Assembly: GCA_016283195.1 (NCBI GenBank)
Contig: JAEEML010000009.1
Coordinates: 1-34,513, forward strand
Origin: Deltaproteobacteria bacterium
GTDB taxonomy: Bacteria; JAEEML01
DNA length: 34,513 nt
Direction of reading: 5' to 3'
Shown: positions 33,989 through 34,513 of the stretch, one piece after another
How positions within the stretch are numbered: the stretch's first letter is position 1
How the letters are laid out: each line of letters begins with the position of its first letter
Position numbers and translations under genes: made by a program
The notes under the pieces: generated by a model
Told to the model about the DNA's origin: nothing
Seen by the model: the letters and a program-made list of their open reading frames with translations, nothing else
The model's database searches: none

Positions 33989-34513
33989 ATGAAACTTTCC
34001 CCCCGCCTGATTCTTGCTCCCTCCCTTATTGCCTTAAGCATGCTTACAGGTTGCCCGGATAAGCCTTTGCCACCCAGTGATACCGGGCAGCTCGGTGACC
34101 AGTGCGATGCGGAGCATGACTGTATGCCCGGCCTAATATGCGAAAACGGCCTGTGCAGAAAAGTCTGTCTTGATAACAGCGATTGCCCGGAAAATTCCGC
34201 TTGCCAGAATGGCCGCTGTGTCAAAAACACTACCGCCGCCCCGCGCAAAGAAGGCGAAAGTTGTAACGATAACCAACTCTGCGCCACCGGACTCGATTGC
34301 CAAAACGGCATTTGCAAAAAGCCCTGCACCGGTAAAAACGATTGCCTGGATGGCGAAATATGCCAAAACGGCAAGTGCATTCCGGAAGAAAAGCTCCCCG
34401 AGCGCGGCGAGCCCTGCACCGCTCAGGGAAAGTGTAAAGCCGGACTTACCTGTATTGAGCAAATATGCCAAAAAGAGTGCACTCTCGATGAGGATTGCGG
34501 CGACCCGGCGCTA
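33989..34513 (+). CDS. Cys-rich repeat lipoprotein (partial, runs off the window; absent from the ORF track)
   Basis: Hand translation MKLSPRLILAPSLIALSMLTGC-PDKP...CDAEHDCMPGLICENGLC... shows an LTGC lipobox. GAGGTG RBS; 175 codons with no stop. Confidence 0.88.
   Translation, partial: MKLSPRLILAPSLIALSMLTGCPDKPLPPSDTGQLGDQCDAEHDCMPGLICENGLCRKVCLDNSDCPENSACQNGRCVKNTTAAPRKEGESCNDNQLCATGLDCQNGICKKPCTGKNDCLDGEICQNGKCIPEEKLPERGEPCTAQGKCKAGLTCIEQICQKECTLDEDCGDPAL

Noticed and set aside
33928..34471. Minus-strand ORFs 33928..34419 and 34133..34471
   Set aside because: Antisense shadows of the plus-strand Cys-rich lipoprotein, which has an RBS, a lipobox and coherent repeats.

Overview
Chromosomal window, mostly housekeeping, from what looks like a Myxococcota/deltaproteobacterial-type bacterium. 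The taxonomy is inferred from a Cys-rich repeat lipoprotein and a coiled-coil+GAF/CheY pair; GC is about 45-50% by eye. Left (+ strand): smpB, a GH36 alpha-galactosidase-like protein with an apparently degenerate active site, a DUF2723/TMEM260-like membrane glycosyltransferase, then GAF protein-CheY-trkA-trkH. Centre: htpG (-), a secreted CAP protein (+), and a minus-strand accessory block of DAG-kinase-like protein, stand-alone cNMP-binding protein, orphan Txe/YoeB toxin, a CRP-like box and a beta-helix repeat lipoprotein. Right (- strand): the dcw cluster mraZ-rsmH-ftsL-ftsI-murE/murF(fused)-mraY-murD-ftsW-murG-murC-ddl-ftsQ-ftsA-ftsZ, lacking murB and with a divergent FtsZ. A truncated Cys-rich lipoprotein missed by the ORF track runs off the right edge. 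No rRNA, tRNA, CRISPR array or transposase was seen. The best candidates for undescribed biology are the degenerate GH36 + GT-C pair and the cNMP/YoeB/CRP-box block. Reference residue numbers are recalled from memory and need alignment to confirm.
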